Assembly: GCA_022819985.1 (NCBI GenBank)
Contig: JAJEGH010000014.1
Coordinates: forward strand, 8,086-72,085
Length of the DNA: 64,000 nt
From: Alphaproteobacteria bacterium
GTDB lineage: Bacteria > Pseudomonadota > Alphaproteobacteria > Bin65
Direction: 5' to 3'
Part shown: positions 53,670 through 62,610 of the stretch, in pieces
Layout of the letters: every line of letters begins with the position of its first letter
Numbering within the stretch: the first letter of the stretch is position 1
Notes under the pieces: generated by a model
What the model was told of the DNA's origin: nothing
The model's database searches: none
What the model saw: the letters and a program-made list of their open reading frames with translations, nothing else
Made by a program: the position numbers and the translations under genes

Positions 53670-54377
53670 TTAAAGCCCCAGATAGGCCTCGCGGACCCGG
53701 TCGTCCTGCAGCAATTCCTCGCCCGGCCCGCTCAGCACGATGCGGCCGTTTTCCAGCACATAGGCCCGGTTCGCCATCTTGAGCGACAGGGCGACATTCT
53801 GTTCGACCAGGACGATCGGGGTGCCGTCGGCGTTCAGGCGCTCGACGATGCCGAACACCTCCTGGACAATGGTCGGCGCCAGGCCGAGGGACGGCTCGTC
53901 GAACATGATCAGCTCGGGCTGGCCGAGCAGGCAGCGGCCGATCGCCAGCATCTGCTGCTCGCCGCCGGACAGCGTGCCGGCCTGCTGTTCGGCGCGCTCG
54001 CGCAGGATCGGGAACATGCCGAACACCCGCTCCATGGTCTCGGCGCTCCTGGCCCGCCCGCGCTCCAGATAGGCGCCGACCTCCAGATTCTCGCGCACCG
54101 TCAGCCCGGCGAAGATCTGCCGGCCTTCGGCGACCTGGCCGACGCCGAGGTTGCAGATGCGGTGGCTCGGCCAGCCGGTGATGTCTTCGCCCTTGTAGAC
54201 GATCCGCCCGGAGCGCGGCTTCTCGATCCCGGCGATGGTGCGGATCAGCGAACTCTTGCCGGCGCCGTTCGAGCCGACCACGGCGACGATGTCGCCTTCG
54301 TCGACCTCCAGCGACACGTCGTCGAGCGCCTGGGCGTCGCCGTAGAACAGGTTCAGGCCGCTGACGCTGAGGATCAC
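53670..54377 (-). CDS. livF: Branched-chain amino acid-type ABC transporter ATP-binding protein (LivF-like)
   Basis: Walker A GSNGAGKSS, LSGGEQQML, LIMFDEPSLGLAP. GTG at 54377 overlaps the livG-like stop (GTGA); the ORF maximum is 54401. Confidence 0.88.
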   Translation of the reverse strand: MILSVSGLNLFYGDAQALDDVSLEVDEGDIVAVVGSNGAGKSSLIRTIAGIEKPRSGRIVYKGEDITGWPSHRICNLGVGQVAEGRQIFAGLTVRENLEVGAYLERGRARSAETMERVFGMFPILRERAEQQAGTLSGGEQQMLAIGRCLLGQPELIMFDEPSLGLAPTIVQEVFGIVERLNADGTPIVLVEQNVALSLKMANRAYVLENGRIVLSGPGEELLQDDRVREAYLGL

Positions 54378-55099
54378 AGGTCCTGGTCCCCGAGATAGCA
54401 TTCGAGCACTGCCGGATCGCGGACGATCGTCTCCGGCGTGCCCTCGCTGATTTTCTCGCCGTGATGCAGCACGGTGATATGCTCGGACAGCGCCATCACG
54501 GCGCGCATGACATGTTCGATCAGCAGAATGGTGAGCCCGGTATCGTCGCGCAGCCGGCGCAGAGTGGCGACCATGCGGTCGGTCTCCGACGGCCGCAGGC
54601 CGGCCATCACCTCGTCGAGCAGCAGCAGGCGCGGCCCGGTCGCCAGCGCCCGGGCGACCTCCAGGCGCTTGCGGTCGGGCAACGTCAGATTGGCGGCATG
54701 CTGGGCGGCCCTGGTGTCGAGTTCGAGCATTTCCAGGAAACCGCGGGCCGACTGCGTGGCCTCCGCGACGGTGCCGGCGCCGTGCAGCGCCGCGACCGTC
54801 ACATTTTCCAGCACGGTCATCTGGGCGAAGGGCTTGACGATCTGGAAGGTACGGCCGATGCCGGCGTGGCAGATCCGGTCCGGCCGCTCGCCGGTGATAT
54901 CGGCCTCGCCCAGGCGAACATGGCCGCTGTCCGGCGGGAACACGCCGGCGATGACGTTGAACAGCGTCGTCTTGCCGGCGCCGTTCGGGCCGATCAGGGC
55001 GGCGATGCCGCGCTCTACAACGTCGAACGAGACGTCGTTCAGGGCGAGCAGGCCGCGAAAGCTCTTGCTCACGCCCTCGACCCGGAGCAGCGGCGCCAC
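54374..55099 (-). CDS. livG: Branched-chain amino acid-type ABC transporter ATP-binding protein (LivG-like)
   Basis: LLRVEGVSKSFRGLLALNDVSF, GPNGAGKTT, LLLLDEVMAGL. The start is GTG 55099 or TTG 55108. The long upstream part of the track ORF overlaps the permease gene. Confidence 0.88.
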   Translation of the reverse strand: MAPLLRVEGVSKSFRGLLALNDVSFDVVERGIAALIGPNGAGKTTLFNVIAGVFPPDSGHVRLGEADITGERPDRICHAGIGRTFQIVKPFAQMTVLENVTVAALHGAGTVAEATQSARGFLEMLELDTRAAQHAANLTLPDRKRLEVARALATGPRLLLLDEVMAGLRPSETDRMVATLRRLRDDTGLTILLIEHVMRAVMALSEHITVLHHGEKISEGTPETIVRDPAVLECYLGDQDL

Positions 55100-55104
55100 G
55101 GCGC

Positions 55105-56151
55105 TCAACCTTCCGCCTCGGGCCGGGTCAGGCGCAGCCGGACGCACACCCAGGGCCACAGGCCCTTCGGTTTGAACAACACGATGAGCACGACGATGAA
55201 GCCCCAGATCAGCAGCTTCAGGCCGTCCAGCTTGGTTTCCGGATCGATGACATGCCAGTGTTTCAACAGGTCGATCGCCTCGGTCACGATCTCGCCCAGC
55301 GGCGTCAGGATGAAGGTGCCGAATATCGGGCCGAACAGGGTGCCGACCCCGCCGACGATGGAGCCGAGGGTGGCCTCGATCGAACGTTCGATATTGAACA
55401 CGATCTCCGGGAACAGGCTGTTCTGGTAGAAGGCGTAGAACACGCCCGCGACCCCCGCCATGCCGGAGGAGATCGCCACCGCATACATCTTGTAGCGCAG
55501 CACGTTGACGCCCAGCGCCTCGGCCGCGCCGGCATCGTCGCGGATCGCCTGCCAGTAGTAGCCGAGCCGGCTGCGCAGCAGGTAGCGGCACAGCACGAGG
55601 GCGCCGAGGGCCAGCGCCATGATCAGGTAGTAGTACATCTCCGGCGCGCCGCGCAGGTTCGCCAGGTCGATGCCGTGCCGGTCCGCCTCCGACACCTTCA
55701 GGAAGAACCCCTCGGTGGCGCCGAGCCACGACACATGGTCGATCACGACGCGCACGAACTCGGCGAACGCGATCGTCAGCAGGGCGAAATAGACTCCGCC
55801 GATGGCGAAGCGGAATCCCAGATAGCCGATCAGCAGACCCATCAGGACCGCCAGGCCGATGGCCGGCAGGACGCCGACGGCGGGCGGCAGGCCGACCGCG
55901 GCGAACAAGTAGGCCGCGGTATAGGCGCCGATGCCGACGAACAGGGCGTGGCCGATCGAGAGCAGCCCGGCAAAGCCGAGCATGAGGTTCCAGGACTGGC
56001 CGACCAGCGCCAGGTAGAAGACGGTCGTGGCGACCGTCATGATGTAGGAACCGCCCCACCAGGGCAGCAGCAGGAGCAGCAGGAGGAACGCCCCGCCGAG
56101 CCAGAGCCCGGCCGGCGAGAGCGGGCCGAAGAACCGGCGGACCGCCGTCAT
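55105..56151 (-). CDS. livM: Branched-chain amino acid-type ABC transporter permease (LivM-like)
   Basis: 348-aa polytopic protein. GFAGLLSIGHALFVGIGAY motif. 4-nt overlap with the livH-like gene. Confidence 0.88.
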   Translation of the reverse strand: MTAVRRFFGPLSPAGLWLGGAFLLLLLLLPWWGGSYIMTVATTVFYLALVGQSWNLMLGFAGLLSIGHALFVGIGAYTAAYLFAAVGLPPAVGVLPAIGLAVLMGLLIGYLGFRFAIGGVYFALLTIAFAEFVRVVIDHVSWLGATEGFFLKVSEADRHGIDLANLRGAPEMYYYLIMALALGALVLCRYLLRSRLGYYWQAIRDDAGAAEALGVNVLRYKMYAVAISSGMAGVAGVFYAFYQNSLFPEIVFNIERSIEATLGSIVGGVGTLFGPIFGTFILTPLGEIVTEAIDLLKHWHVIDPETKLDGLKLLIWGFIVVLIVLFKPKGLWPWVCVRLRLTRPEAEG

Positions 56152-57020
56152 CGCACGGCCTTGCCCAGCAGGCCCTGCGGCCGCAGCAGCAGGACGAGGA
56201 TCAGCAGCGCGAAGCTGAAGGCGGTTTTCATCGACGGCTGGAACAGCACCGCCGCCAGGGCTTCCGACACGCCGATCAGGATGCCGCCGACCAGCGCGCC
56301 GAACAGGCTGCCGAGGCCGCCGATGATGACGATGACGAAGGCGAGCAGCGTGTAGCCCGGCGCGAGGTAGGGATGCGCCTCGAACAGCAGCAGGATTATC
56401 GCGCCGGCGGCGCCGAGGCAGGCCGCCCCGATGCCGAAGGTGAGCGCATAGAGCCGGCTGACATTGAGGCCGACGACCTGCGCCCCCATGCGGTTGTCGG
56501 CGCAGGCGCGGATCGCCTTGCCGGTGGTCGTGTATTTGAAGAAGGCGAGCAGCAACGACGCGACGACGATGGCCCCGATCGCGGCGAACATCTTGGGATA
56601 GTCGATGATGAGCTCGCCGACGGCGAAGCTGTCCCAGGCGTAATCGACCTCAACGCCCTGCGCGTCGGGCCCGAAGACCAGCAGCAGGGCGCTGACGATC
56701 ATGATTGCGATGGCGGCCAGCAGCAGGAACTGCATATGCTCCGGCAGGTGGGACACCCGGCTGACCACGGCGAGCTGCAGGACATAGCCGAAGCCGAACA
56801 TCAGCGCCGCCGCCAGCGGCACCGACAGCAGCGGATCGAGCCCGAGCCAGCGGAACATCAGCAGGGCGAAGAACATGCCCATGACCATGATCTCGCCATG
56901 GGCGAAGTTGACGATGCGGATGACGCCGAAAATGACCGAGAGGCCGAGCGCGCTGAGGCCGTAGACCAGCCCGATCAGCAACCCGCTCGCGACCGCATTG
57001 GCCAGAGTCCAGAAATCCAA
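56148..57020 (-). CDS. livH: Branched-chain amino acid-type ABC transporter permease (LivH-like)
   Basis: 290 aa. GLVYGLSALGLSVIFGVIRIVNFAHGE motif. Confidence 0.9.
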   Translation of the reverse strand: MDFWTLANAVASGLLIGLVYGLSALGLSVIFGVIRIVNFAHGEIMVMGMFFALLMFRWLGLDPLLSVPLAAALMFGFGYVLQLAVVSRVSHLPEHMQFLLLAAIAIMIVSALLLVFGPDAQGVEVDYAWDSFAVGELIIDYPKMFAAIGAIVVASLLLAFFKYTTTGKAIRACADNRMGAQVVGLNVSRLYALTFGIGAACLGAAGAIILLLFEAHPYLAPGYTLLAFVIVIIGGLGSLFGALVGGILIGVSEALAAVLFQPSMKTAFSFALLILVLLLRPQGLLGKAVR

Positions 57021-57097
57021 GTCAGCTTCCCCCGGTCCGGCCTAGGGATTCCCCGGTGCAAAGCGGTGAATCGGACCCGACAGGCAAAGCAACGCGT

Positions 57098-57220
57098 CCC
57101 CCCTCCCCTTGGGGGAGGGGGTCAGGGGGAGGGGTATGCGGCGATTGCAGCAGCACCGAAAGCGTCGTCGTTGCAACGGCGGGCGACCCCTCCCCTAGCC
57201 CCTCCCCCTGGGGGAGGGGG
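57098..57220. repeat. G/C-homopolymer-rich nested palindromic element (CCCCTCCCC..GGGGAGGGG hairpins) inside the operon
   Basis: Hairpin 1 is CCCCCCTCCCC-TT-GGGGGAGGGGG (57098-57121). An arm AGGGGGAGGGGT (57124-57135) pairs with ACCCCTCCCCT (57186-57196). Hairpin 2 is CCCCTCCCCC-TG-GGGGAGGGGG (57199-57220). Confidence 0.65.
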
Positions 57221-57382
57221 ATTCGGTCAGTGCCCATTTCGCAGCGCAATTCGAGCGGACGGGGGAACCGGCGGCGCATTTTGGCGGGCGATCCTGAGGC
57301 GGGAGCAGACCGGGTTTCGCGCACCGTCCCGCCGCCGCCCGCGCCGGCGCGTCATGCAGCCGGCGCGGGCATTGGCTGCCGG

Positions 57383-58612
57383 CTAGCGTTTGTTCCAGGG
57401 CCGCATCGGCCAGATCGGCTTGGCGACAGCCGCGAATTCCGGCAGCACGACCAGCGTCTTGCCGCCGCGGTTCTGCACCGCGCCGCACGGCACATAGGGC
57501 ACCTGGCCCTTCTCGTTGAACTTGATGCCGTGGCCGATGGTCGTGTTGTTGGTGATGTTGGTCTTTTGCAGCGCCGCCTGCAGATCGGTGTTCTTGGTCG
57601 AACCCGCGCGCTTGAAGGCGTCGGCGACGATCAGCATCGCATCGAAGGTATAACCCTGGTTCGCCGTGATGCTGCGGCCCGGGAACTTCTTCTGGTAGGC
57701 GTCGCGCATCTTGCGCGCCATTTCCTTCTTGTAGTCGACCCACGGCACGAGGTTGACGACGTCGTCGCCGTATTTGCCGGTCGCCTTGAGATACGGGTCC
57801 TCGTACCAGCCCGGCCCTGTGGACAGGACGCCCATCAGGTCGACGCGCTGGCGCACCAGTTCCTTGGTGATCGCGATGGCGTCGTTCAGACGGCTGACCG
57901 CCCACAATGCGTCCGGCTTGGCGCCCTTGACCTTGCGCACCTCGGCCGAGAAATCGCGGCCGTAGGGATCGTAGGGAATTTTCTCGACGATCTTGTAGGG
58001 CATCTTGAACTTCGGCGTCAGCGCGGCCAGGGCGCCGGCGAGGCTGGTGCCGAACGTATCGTTGACGTGCAGCAGCGCCACGCTCTTGGGCGTCGCGCCG
58101 CCCGCGGCAAACAGCTTTCTCTGGTTCTTGAACGCATCCCCGACGATCATCGGTCCGGTCGGGAAATTGCGGAACACCCACTTGTAGCCGAGCTCGGTGA
58201 GCTTGGTGACCGCCGCGATATTGACGACCAGCGGAATGTTCTTCTGCTCGCACACCTGGGCCGCGGCCATGGTCTGGCCGGAATCGAACGCGCCGACGAT
58301 GACGTGCGCGCCGGCGTCGATCAGCTTCTCGGCTTGGGCGCGAGCGACGTCGACCTTGGTCTCGGTATCGCCGAGCATATACTCCATCTCGGGATAGCCC
58401 ATCGCGCTCAGCACTTCCGGCGCAACGTCCGCGCCGCGCTGACAATCGATGCCGATCTGCGCCTGCGGCCCGGACCGCGGCAGAAGAATGCCGACTTTGA
58501 TCTTGCCGGCCGCCAGGCCGTGACGCAGCGGGACGGCCGAGGCGACAGCGCCCGCGCCGGCGCCGGCCAGAACGGTGCGGCGGCTCACCGCCGGGGTTTT
58601 CGGAGTCTTCAT
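57383..58612 (-). CDS. ABC transporter substrate-binding protein (Leu/Ile/Val-binding family) with a Tat-type signal
   Basis: The ATG at 58612 is preceded by GGAGGGAGGAAACG. Twin-arginine signal MKTPKTPAVSRRTVLAGAGAGAVASA. Periplasmic-binding-protein type I body. Confidence 0.88.
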   Translation of the reverse strand: MKTPKTPAVSRRTVLAGAGAGAVASAVPLRHGLAAGKIKVGILLPRSGPQAQIGIDCQRGADVAPEVLSAMGYPEMEYMLGDTETKVDVARAQAEKLIDAGAHVIVGAFDSGQTMAAAQVCEQKNIPLVVNIAAVTKLTELGYKWVFRNFPTGPMIVGDAFKNQRKLFAAGGATPKSVALLHVNDTFGTSLAGALAALTPKFKMPYKIVEKIPYDPYGRDFSAEVRKVKGAKPDALWAVSRLNDAIAITKELVRQRVDLMGVLSTGPGWYEDPYLKATGKYGDDVVNLVPWVDYKKEMARKMRDAYQKKFPGRSITANQGYTFDAMLIVADAFKRAGSTKNTDLQAALQKTNITNNTTIGHGIKFNEKGQVPYVPCGAVQNRGGKTLVVLPEFAAVAKPIWPMRPWNKR

Positions 58613-58674
58613 CGTTTCCTCCCTCATCCGGGACAATACCCTCAAAGCCGAGTGTATCCGGTCGATTGGGCGAG

Positions 58675-58719
58675 GTCTATAGACTGTCGGGTCCGACAGG
58701 CCTTGACTTGTATATATAA
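58675..58719. promoter_or_regulatory. Candidate GntR/HutC-type operator sites in the divergent promoter region
   Basis: A perfect 10-bp palindrome GTCTATAGAC (58675-58684), an adjacent near-perfect 16-bp dyad CTGTCGGGTCCGACAG (58684-58699), TTGACT at 58703-58708, and TTGTATATATAA (58708-58719). Confidence 0.4.
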
Positions 58720-58819
58720 CTTGCTTTCCACTGCCGGAACGCCGCGGCGACGGGCCGGCGGCGCGACGAGGTGAACATCGGACGCAGGACCGCCTGCGCT
58801 CACCGAAGGGAGGAGTATC

Positions 58820-59965
58820 ATGACGTCCTGGAAGCTCAGCATCGCCGCCGCTGCGGCCGTCGCCCTGGCGGCATCCGCGGCCTCGGCGGACACCATCAAA
58901 ATCGGGTTCAACACGCCCCAGACGGGCTTCGCGGCGGCCGACGGCAAATCGGTCCTGACCGGCGCGCAGATCGCCATAGACACGGTGAACGCCGCCGGCG
59001 GCGTCAACGGCAAGAAGCTCGAACTCGTGGTTTACGACGATCAGGCAAAGCCGAAATTCGCCGTGCCGATCGCGACCAAGCTGATCCAGCAGGACAAGGT
59101 CGCGATGGGCATTTCGGGCAGCTATTCGGCGCCGACCCGCGCCTCCGCCGGCGTCTACCAGAACGCCAAGGTGCCCTATATCTCGGCCTATGCCGTGCAT
59201 CCCGACATCACCCGGGCCGGCGACTATGTCTTCCGCACCGGGATCCTGGGCAGCGTGCTCGGTAAGGCGGCGGCCAAGCTGGTCGGCGACAAGCTGGGCA
59301 AGAAGCGCGTCGTCATCACCATCATGAAAAACGACTACGGCAAGGCGCTCGCCGCCGGCTTCAAGTCGGTGATGGCCAACTACGGCATCGAGGTCGTCAA
59401 CGAATACCAGTACTCCCTGCGCGACCGGCAGTTCGGCCCGATCGTCTCGTCGATCAAGGGCGACAATCCCGATGCCATCTTCGACACCGGCTACTGGTTC
59501 GTCGCCGCGCCCTTCGTCAGCCAGCTTCGCGCCGGCGGCGTCAAGGCGGTGGTCGTCGCCCAGGAGGGCTACGACGGCGTCAAGTTCATCGAGATCGCCA
59601 AGAAGGCGGCCGAGGGCGTGATCATCGTCACGGCGCTGGACCGGGACAGCAAGGACCCGGCGGTCGTCAAGTTCATGACCGAATTCAAGAAGCGCACCGG
59701 CTACGGCGCGGACATGGTCGGCGCCTCGGGCCATGCCGCCGTCATGGTGGCGGCTGCGGCGCTGAAGAAGGCCGGCTCGACCGACCGGGCCGCGATCCGC
59801 GATGCGCTGGCCTCGATCAAGGTCGATGCGATCACCGGCACCCTGTCCTTCAACAAGCTGGGCGAGGTCCAGAAGTCGCTCAAGGTCCAGGAGGTCCGGG
59901 GCGGCGGCTGGCACTATCACTCGGAGATTACCGACGCCAAGCTGCTGACGCCGCCGGACAAGTAA
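58820..59965 (+). CDS. ABC transporter substrate-binding protein (Leu/Ile/Val-binding family)
   Basis: GGGAGGAG RBS. Sec signal MTSWKLSIAAAAAVALAASAASA. IKIGFNTPQTG...AAGGVNGKKLELVVYDDQ is typical of the family. Confidence 0.88.
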   Translation: MTSWKLSIAAAAAVALAASAASADTIKIGFNTPQTGFAAADGKSVLTGAQIAIDTVNAAGGVNGKKLELVVYDDQAKPKFAVPIATKLIQQDKVAMGISGSYSAPTRASAGVYQNAKVPYISAYAVHPDITRAGDYVFRTGILGSVLGKAAAKLVGDKLGKKRVVITIMKNDYGKALAAGFKSVMANYGIEVVNEYQYSLRDRQFGPIVSSIKGDNPDAIFDTGYWFVAAPFVSQLRAGGVKAVVVAQEGYDGVKFIEIAKKAAEGVIIVTALDRDSKDPAVVKFMTEFKKRTGYGADMVGASGHAAVMVAAAALKKAGSTDRAAIRDALASIKVDAITGTLSFNKLGEVQKSLKVQEVRGGGWHYHSEITDAKLLTPPDK

Positions 59966-60086
59966 TCCCGGCAGCGGCCACGGGCTCCGGGCGGCGCCCC
60001 GTTTTGCGCGGGCGCCGTCCGGCCGCGCGCGGCCGGATGTTCCATCGCGATAAACCCGACCCCAACGGCAACCGGGGCGCCCCGCG

Positions 60087-60947
60087 TTGAACTATTCCGA
60101 TCTCCTGATCCAGGGGCTGGTCGAAGGCTGCATCTATGCCCTGATCGCCGTCGGCCTGACGCTGGTCTACGGCCTGCTGCGCATCCTGCATATCGCCCAT
60201 GCCGGGATCTTCACCCTGGGCGCTTATGTCGGCCTGCTCCTGACCAACGAGACCGGCAGCTTCGCCGCCGCCTTCGTCATTACCGTCGTGGCGGTCGGCT
60301 TTTTCGGCATGGCCTTCTACCGGCTGTTCTACGAGCCGCTCCTGGACAAGCCGCCCCATGTCGCGCTGATCGCCTCGATCGGCCTGTTCGTGGCGATGGA
60401 GGAGATCTACCGGATCGTCTTCGGCGCGACGAGCATCTCCTTCCTGGCGCCGCCGCTGAAGGACACGGTGGAGGTCGCCGGCGTCCGGCTCGAGGAAGGC
60501 CGCATCGCGGTCGTTGTGCTGGCCGTCGTCCTGATCGGCGGGCTTGCCGTGCTGGCCGGCCGGACGCGCATCGGCATCGCCTGGCGCGCCACGGTATCGG
60601 ACGCCGCCATGGCCGAATCCTTCGGCATCGATCTCGCCCGGGTGCGCTACATCAATTTCTTCGTCGCCTCGGCTCTGGCCGCCGCCGCCGGCGTCATGGT
60701 CGCGCTGCTGCTCAACCAGGTGATCCCGACCATGGGCGGCGTGCCGGCCTACAAGGCGCTCGCCATCATCGTGCTGGGCGGGCTGGGCAACGTGAAAGGG
60801 ACCCTGATCGCCGCGCTGGCCCTGGGCGTCATCGAATCCTTCGGCACGATCTATCTCGACCGGGTGCTCGACCGCGACGCCATCGCCTTCGCCTTCCTGA
60901 TCGCCATCCTGATGATCCGGCCCCAGGGCCTGTTCATCCGGCGCTAG
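60087..60947 (+). CDS. Branched-chain amino acid-type ABC transporter permease (LivH-like)
   Basis: 286 aa with a TTG start. LVEGCIYALIAVGLTLVYGLLRILHIAHAG. Confidence 0.86.
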   Translation: MNYSDLLIQGLVEGCIYALIAVGLTLVYGLLRILHIAHAGIFTLGAYVGLLLTNETGSFAAAFVITVVAVGFFGMAFYRLFYEPLLDKPPHVALIASIGLFVAMEEIYRIVFGATSISFLAPPLKDTVEVAGVRLEEGRIAVVVLAVVLIGGLAVLAGRTRIGIAWRATVSDAAMAESFGIDLARVRYINFFVASALAAAAGVMVALLLNQVIPTMGGVPAYKALAIIVLGGLGNVKGTLIAALALGVIESFGTIYLDRVLDRDAIAFAFLIAILMIRPQGLFIRR

Positions 60948-60965
60948 GGGACAGGGGCGCTCGGC

Positions 60966-61820
60966 ATGTACGAAATCTCGCTCCTGACCGTGATGAGCTT
61001 CAGCGTGATCTTCGCGCTGAGCCTGAACCTGATTACCGGCTTCTGCGGCCAGATCAGCCTGGGCCACGCGGCCTTCTACGGCATCGGCGCCTATTCGGCC
61101 GCCCTGTTCACGACCGATGGCGGCTCCTTCTGGCTGGCGCTGCCGCTTGCCATGGCGGTCGCCGGATTTTTCGGCTTCATCGTCGGCTTCGCCTCGCTCA
61201 GGGTGCGCCACGATTTCCTGGCGATCACCACCATGGGCGTGGGCTTCCTGTTCACGGGATTCGTGCGCCAGCAGGACTTCCTGGGCGGCGAAGAGGGCAT
61301 CGCCGGCATCCCGGACCCCGGCATCGGCCAGATTCCCTATATGCTGTTGTGCGCCGCCCTGGCCGCCGCGGTCATCGCCTTCAGCCTTTATCTCAAGCGA
61401 TCGTGGATGGGCCATGCGTTCGACGCCATCGCGACCGACGAGGACACGGCCCGGACGCTGGGCATTGACGTGGCGCGCTACAAGCTGACGGCGTTCGTGT
61501 TCGGTACGGCGCTGGCCGGGCTCGCCGGAGCCCTGTTCGCCCACTATGTCAAATTCGTCGAGGTCGAGAGCTTCGATTTCATCGAATCGATTTCCGTTCT
61601 CGCCATGGTCATCGTCGGCGGCATCGGATCGGTCTGGGGCGTCGTCGTGGCGGCGGCGTTCCTGAGCGTGCTGCCGCTGCTGCTCCAGGTGTTCGCCGAT
61701 TTCAAGCTGCTGATCTACGGCGTTCTGCTGTTTTCCGTCATGTATTTCGCGCCCGGCGGCATCGACAGCCTGATGCGCATGGTGTGGCGGCGGATTTCGG
61801 GCCGGCGGACGGCGGCGTAG
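60966..61820 (+). CDS. Branched-chain amino acid-type ABC transporter permease (LivM-like)
   Basis: 284 aa. GFCGQISLGHAAFYGIGAY motif. Confidence 0.85.
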   Translation: MYEISLLTVMSFSVIFALSLNLITGFCGQISLGHAAFYGIGAYSAALFTTDGGSFWLALPLAMAVAGFFGFIVGFASLRVRHDFLAITTMGVGFLFTGFVRQQDFLGGEEGIAGIPDPGIGQIPYMLLCAALAAAVIAFSLYLKRSWMGHAFDAIATDEDTARTLGIDVARYKLTAFVFGTALAGLAGALFAHYVKFVEVESFDFIESISVLAMVIVGGIGSVWGVVVAAAFLSVLPLLLQVFADFKLLIYGVLLFSVMYFAPGGIDSLMRMVWRRISGRRTAA

Positions 61821-61830
61821 GAGAACGGCG

Positions 61831-62610
61831 ATGGATGCGCTCCTCTCCATTGCCGGGGTCTCGGTGCGTTTCGGCGGCGTCGATGCGCTCGCCGATGTCG
61901 GTTTCGACGTGCCGCAGGGCGCCCTGCTCGGGCTGATCGGCCCGAACGGCGCCGGCAAGACCACCATGATGCGCGCGGTCACCGGCATGGTCCGTCCCCA
62001 GGCCGGCAGCATCGTGCTCGATGGCGTCGAGATTTCCCGGCTGCCGACCCATCGCCGGGTGCGCCTCGGCCTCGGCCTGTCGCAACAGATCGTCCGGCCC
62101 TTCGCCGGCATGACCGCGGCTGAGAATGTCGCGCTCGCTGCGGGTTACGCGAAGACCGCCGATCCGCTCAGGGCGCTCGCCACCGCCTCGCGCACCGCCG
62201 AACGGGAGCGGGCGGGCGCCCTGCTCGACCTGGTCGGGATCGCCGATGCCGCCGACGCGCTGCCGGCCGAATTGCCGCTCGGCTATCTCAAGCGGGTGGA
62301 GGTGGCGCGGGCGCTCGCGCTGGACCCCAAGGTCCTGCTGCTCGACGAGCCGCTGGCCGGCCTGAACACCGGCGAGGCGGCGAGGCTCGCCGACACGGTG
62401 GTGGACCTGAACCGCCAGGGCACGACCGTCGTGCTGATCGAGCACAATCTGAGCGAGGTCATGCGGGTCTGCCGGCATCTCGTGGTGCTGGACAACGGCC
62501 GGAAGATCGGCGACGGCGACCCGGCGGAGGTCATGGCCGATCCGGCGGTGCGCGACGCCTATCTCGGCGCGGCCGAGGCTTCGGGGGAGGCGCGCGATGC
62601 TGCAGCTTGA
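61831..62610 (+). CDS. Branched-chain amino acid-type ABC transporter ATP-binding protein (LivG-like)
   Basis: GPNGAGKTT, LPLGYLKRVEVARAL, LLLDEPLAGL. Confidence 0.9.
   Translation: MDALLSIAGVSVRFGGVDALADVGFDVPQGALLGLIGPNGAGKTTMMRAVTGMVRPQAGSIVLDGVEISRLPTHRRVRLGLGLSQQIVRPFAGMTAAENVALAAGYAKTADPLRALATASRTAERERAGALLDLVGIADAADALPAELPLGYLKRVEVARALALDPKVLLLDEPLAGLNTGEAARLADTVVDLNRQGTTVVLIEHNLSEVMRVCRHLVVLDNGRKIGDGDPAEVMADPAVRDAYLGAAEASGEARDAAA

Noticed and set aside
59928-62111. A 727-aa minus-strand ORF. Similar long antisense ORFs lie at 18956-21415 (819 aa), 12023-14125 (700 aa), 34164-35930 (588 aa) and 23962-25371 (469 aa).
   Set aside because: Each lies opposite a confidently identified gene (LIV permeases and ATPases, pyrH-tsf-rpsB, bamA, the MttB homologue, purB) and has Arg/Gly/Ala/Asp-dominated sequence without family motifs.
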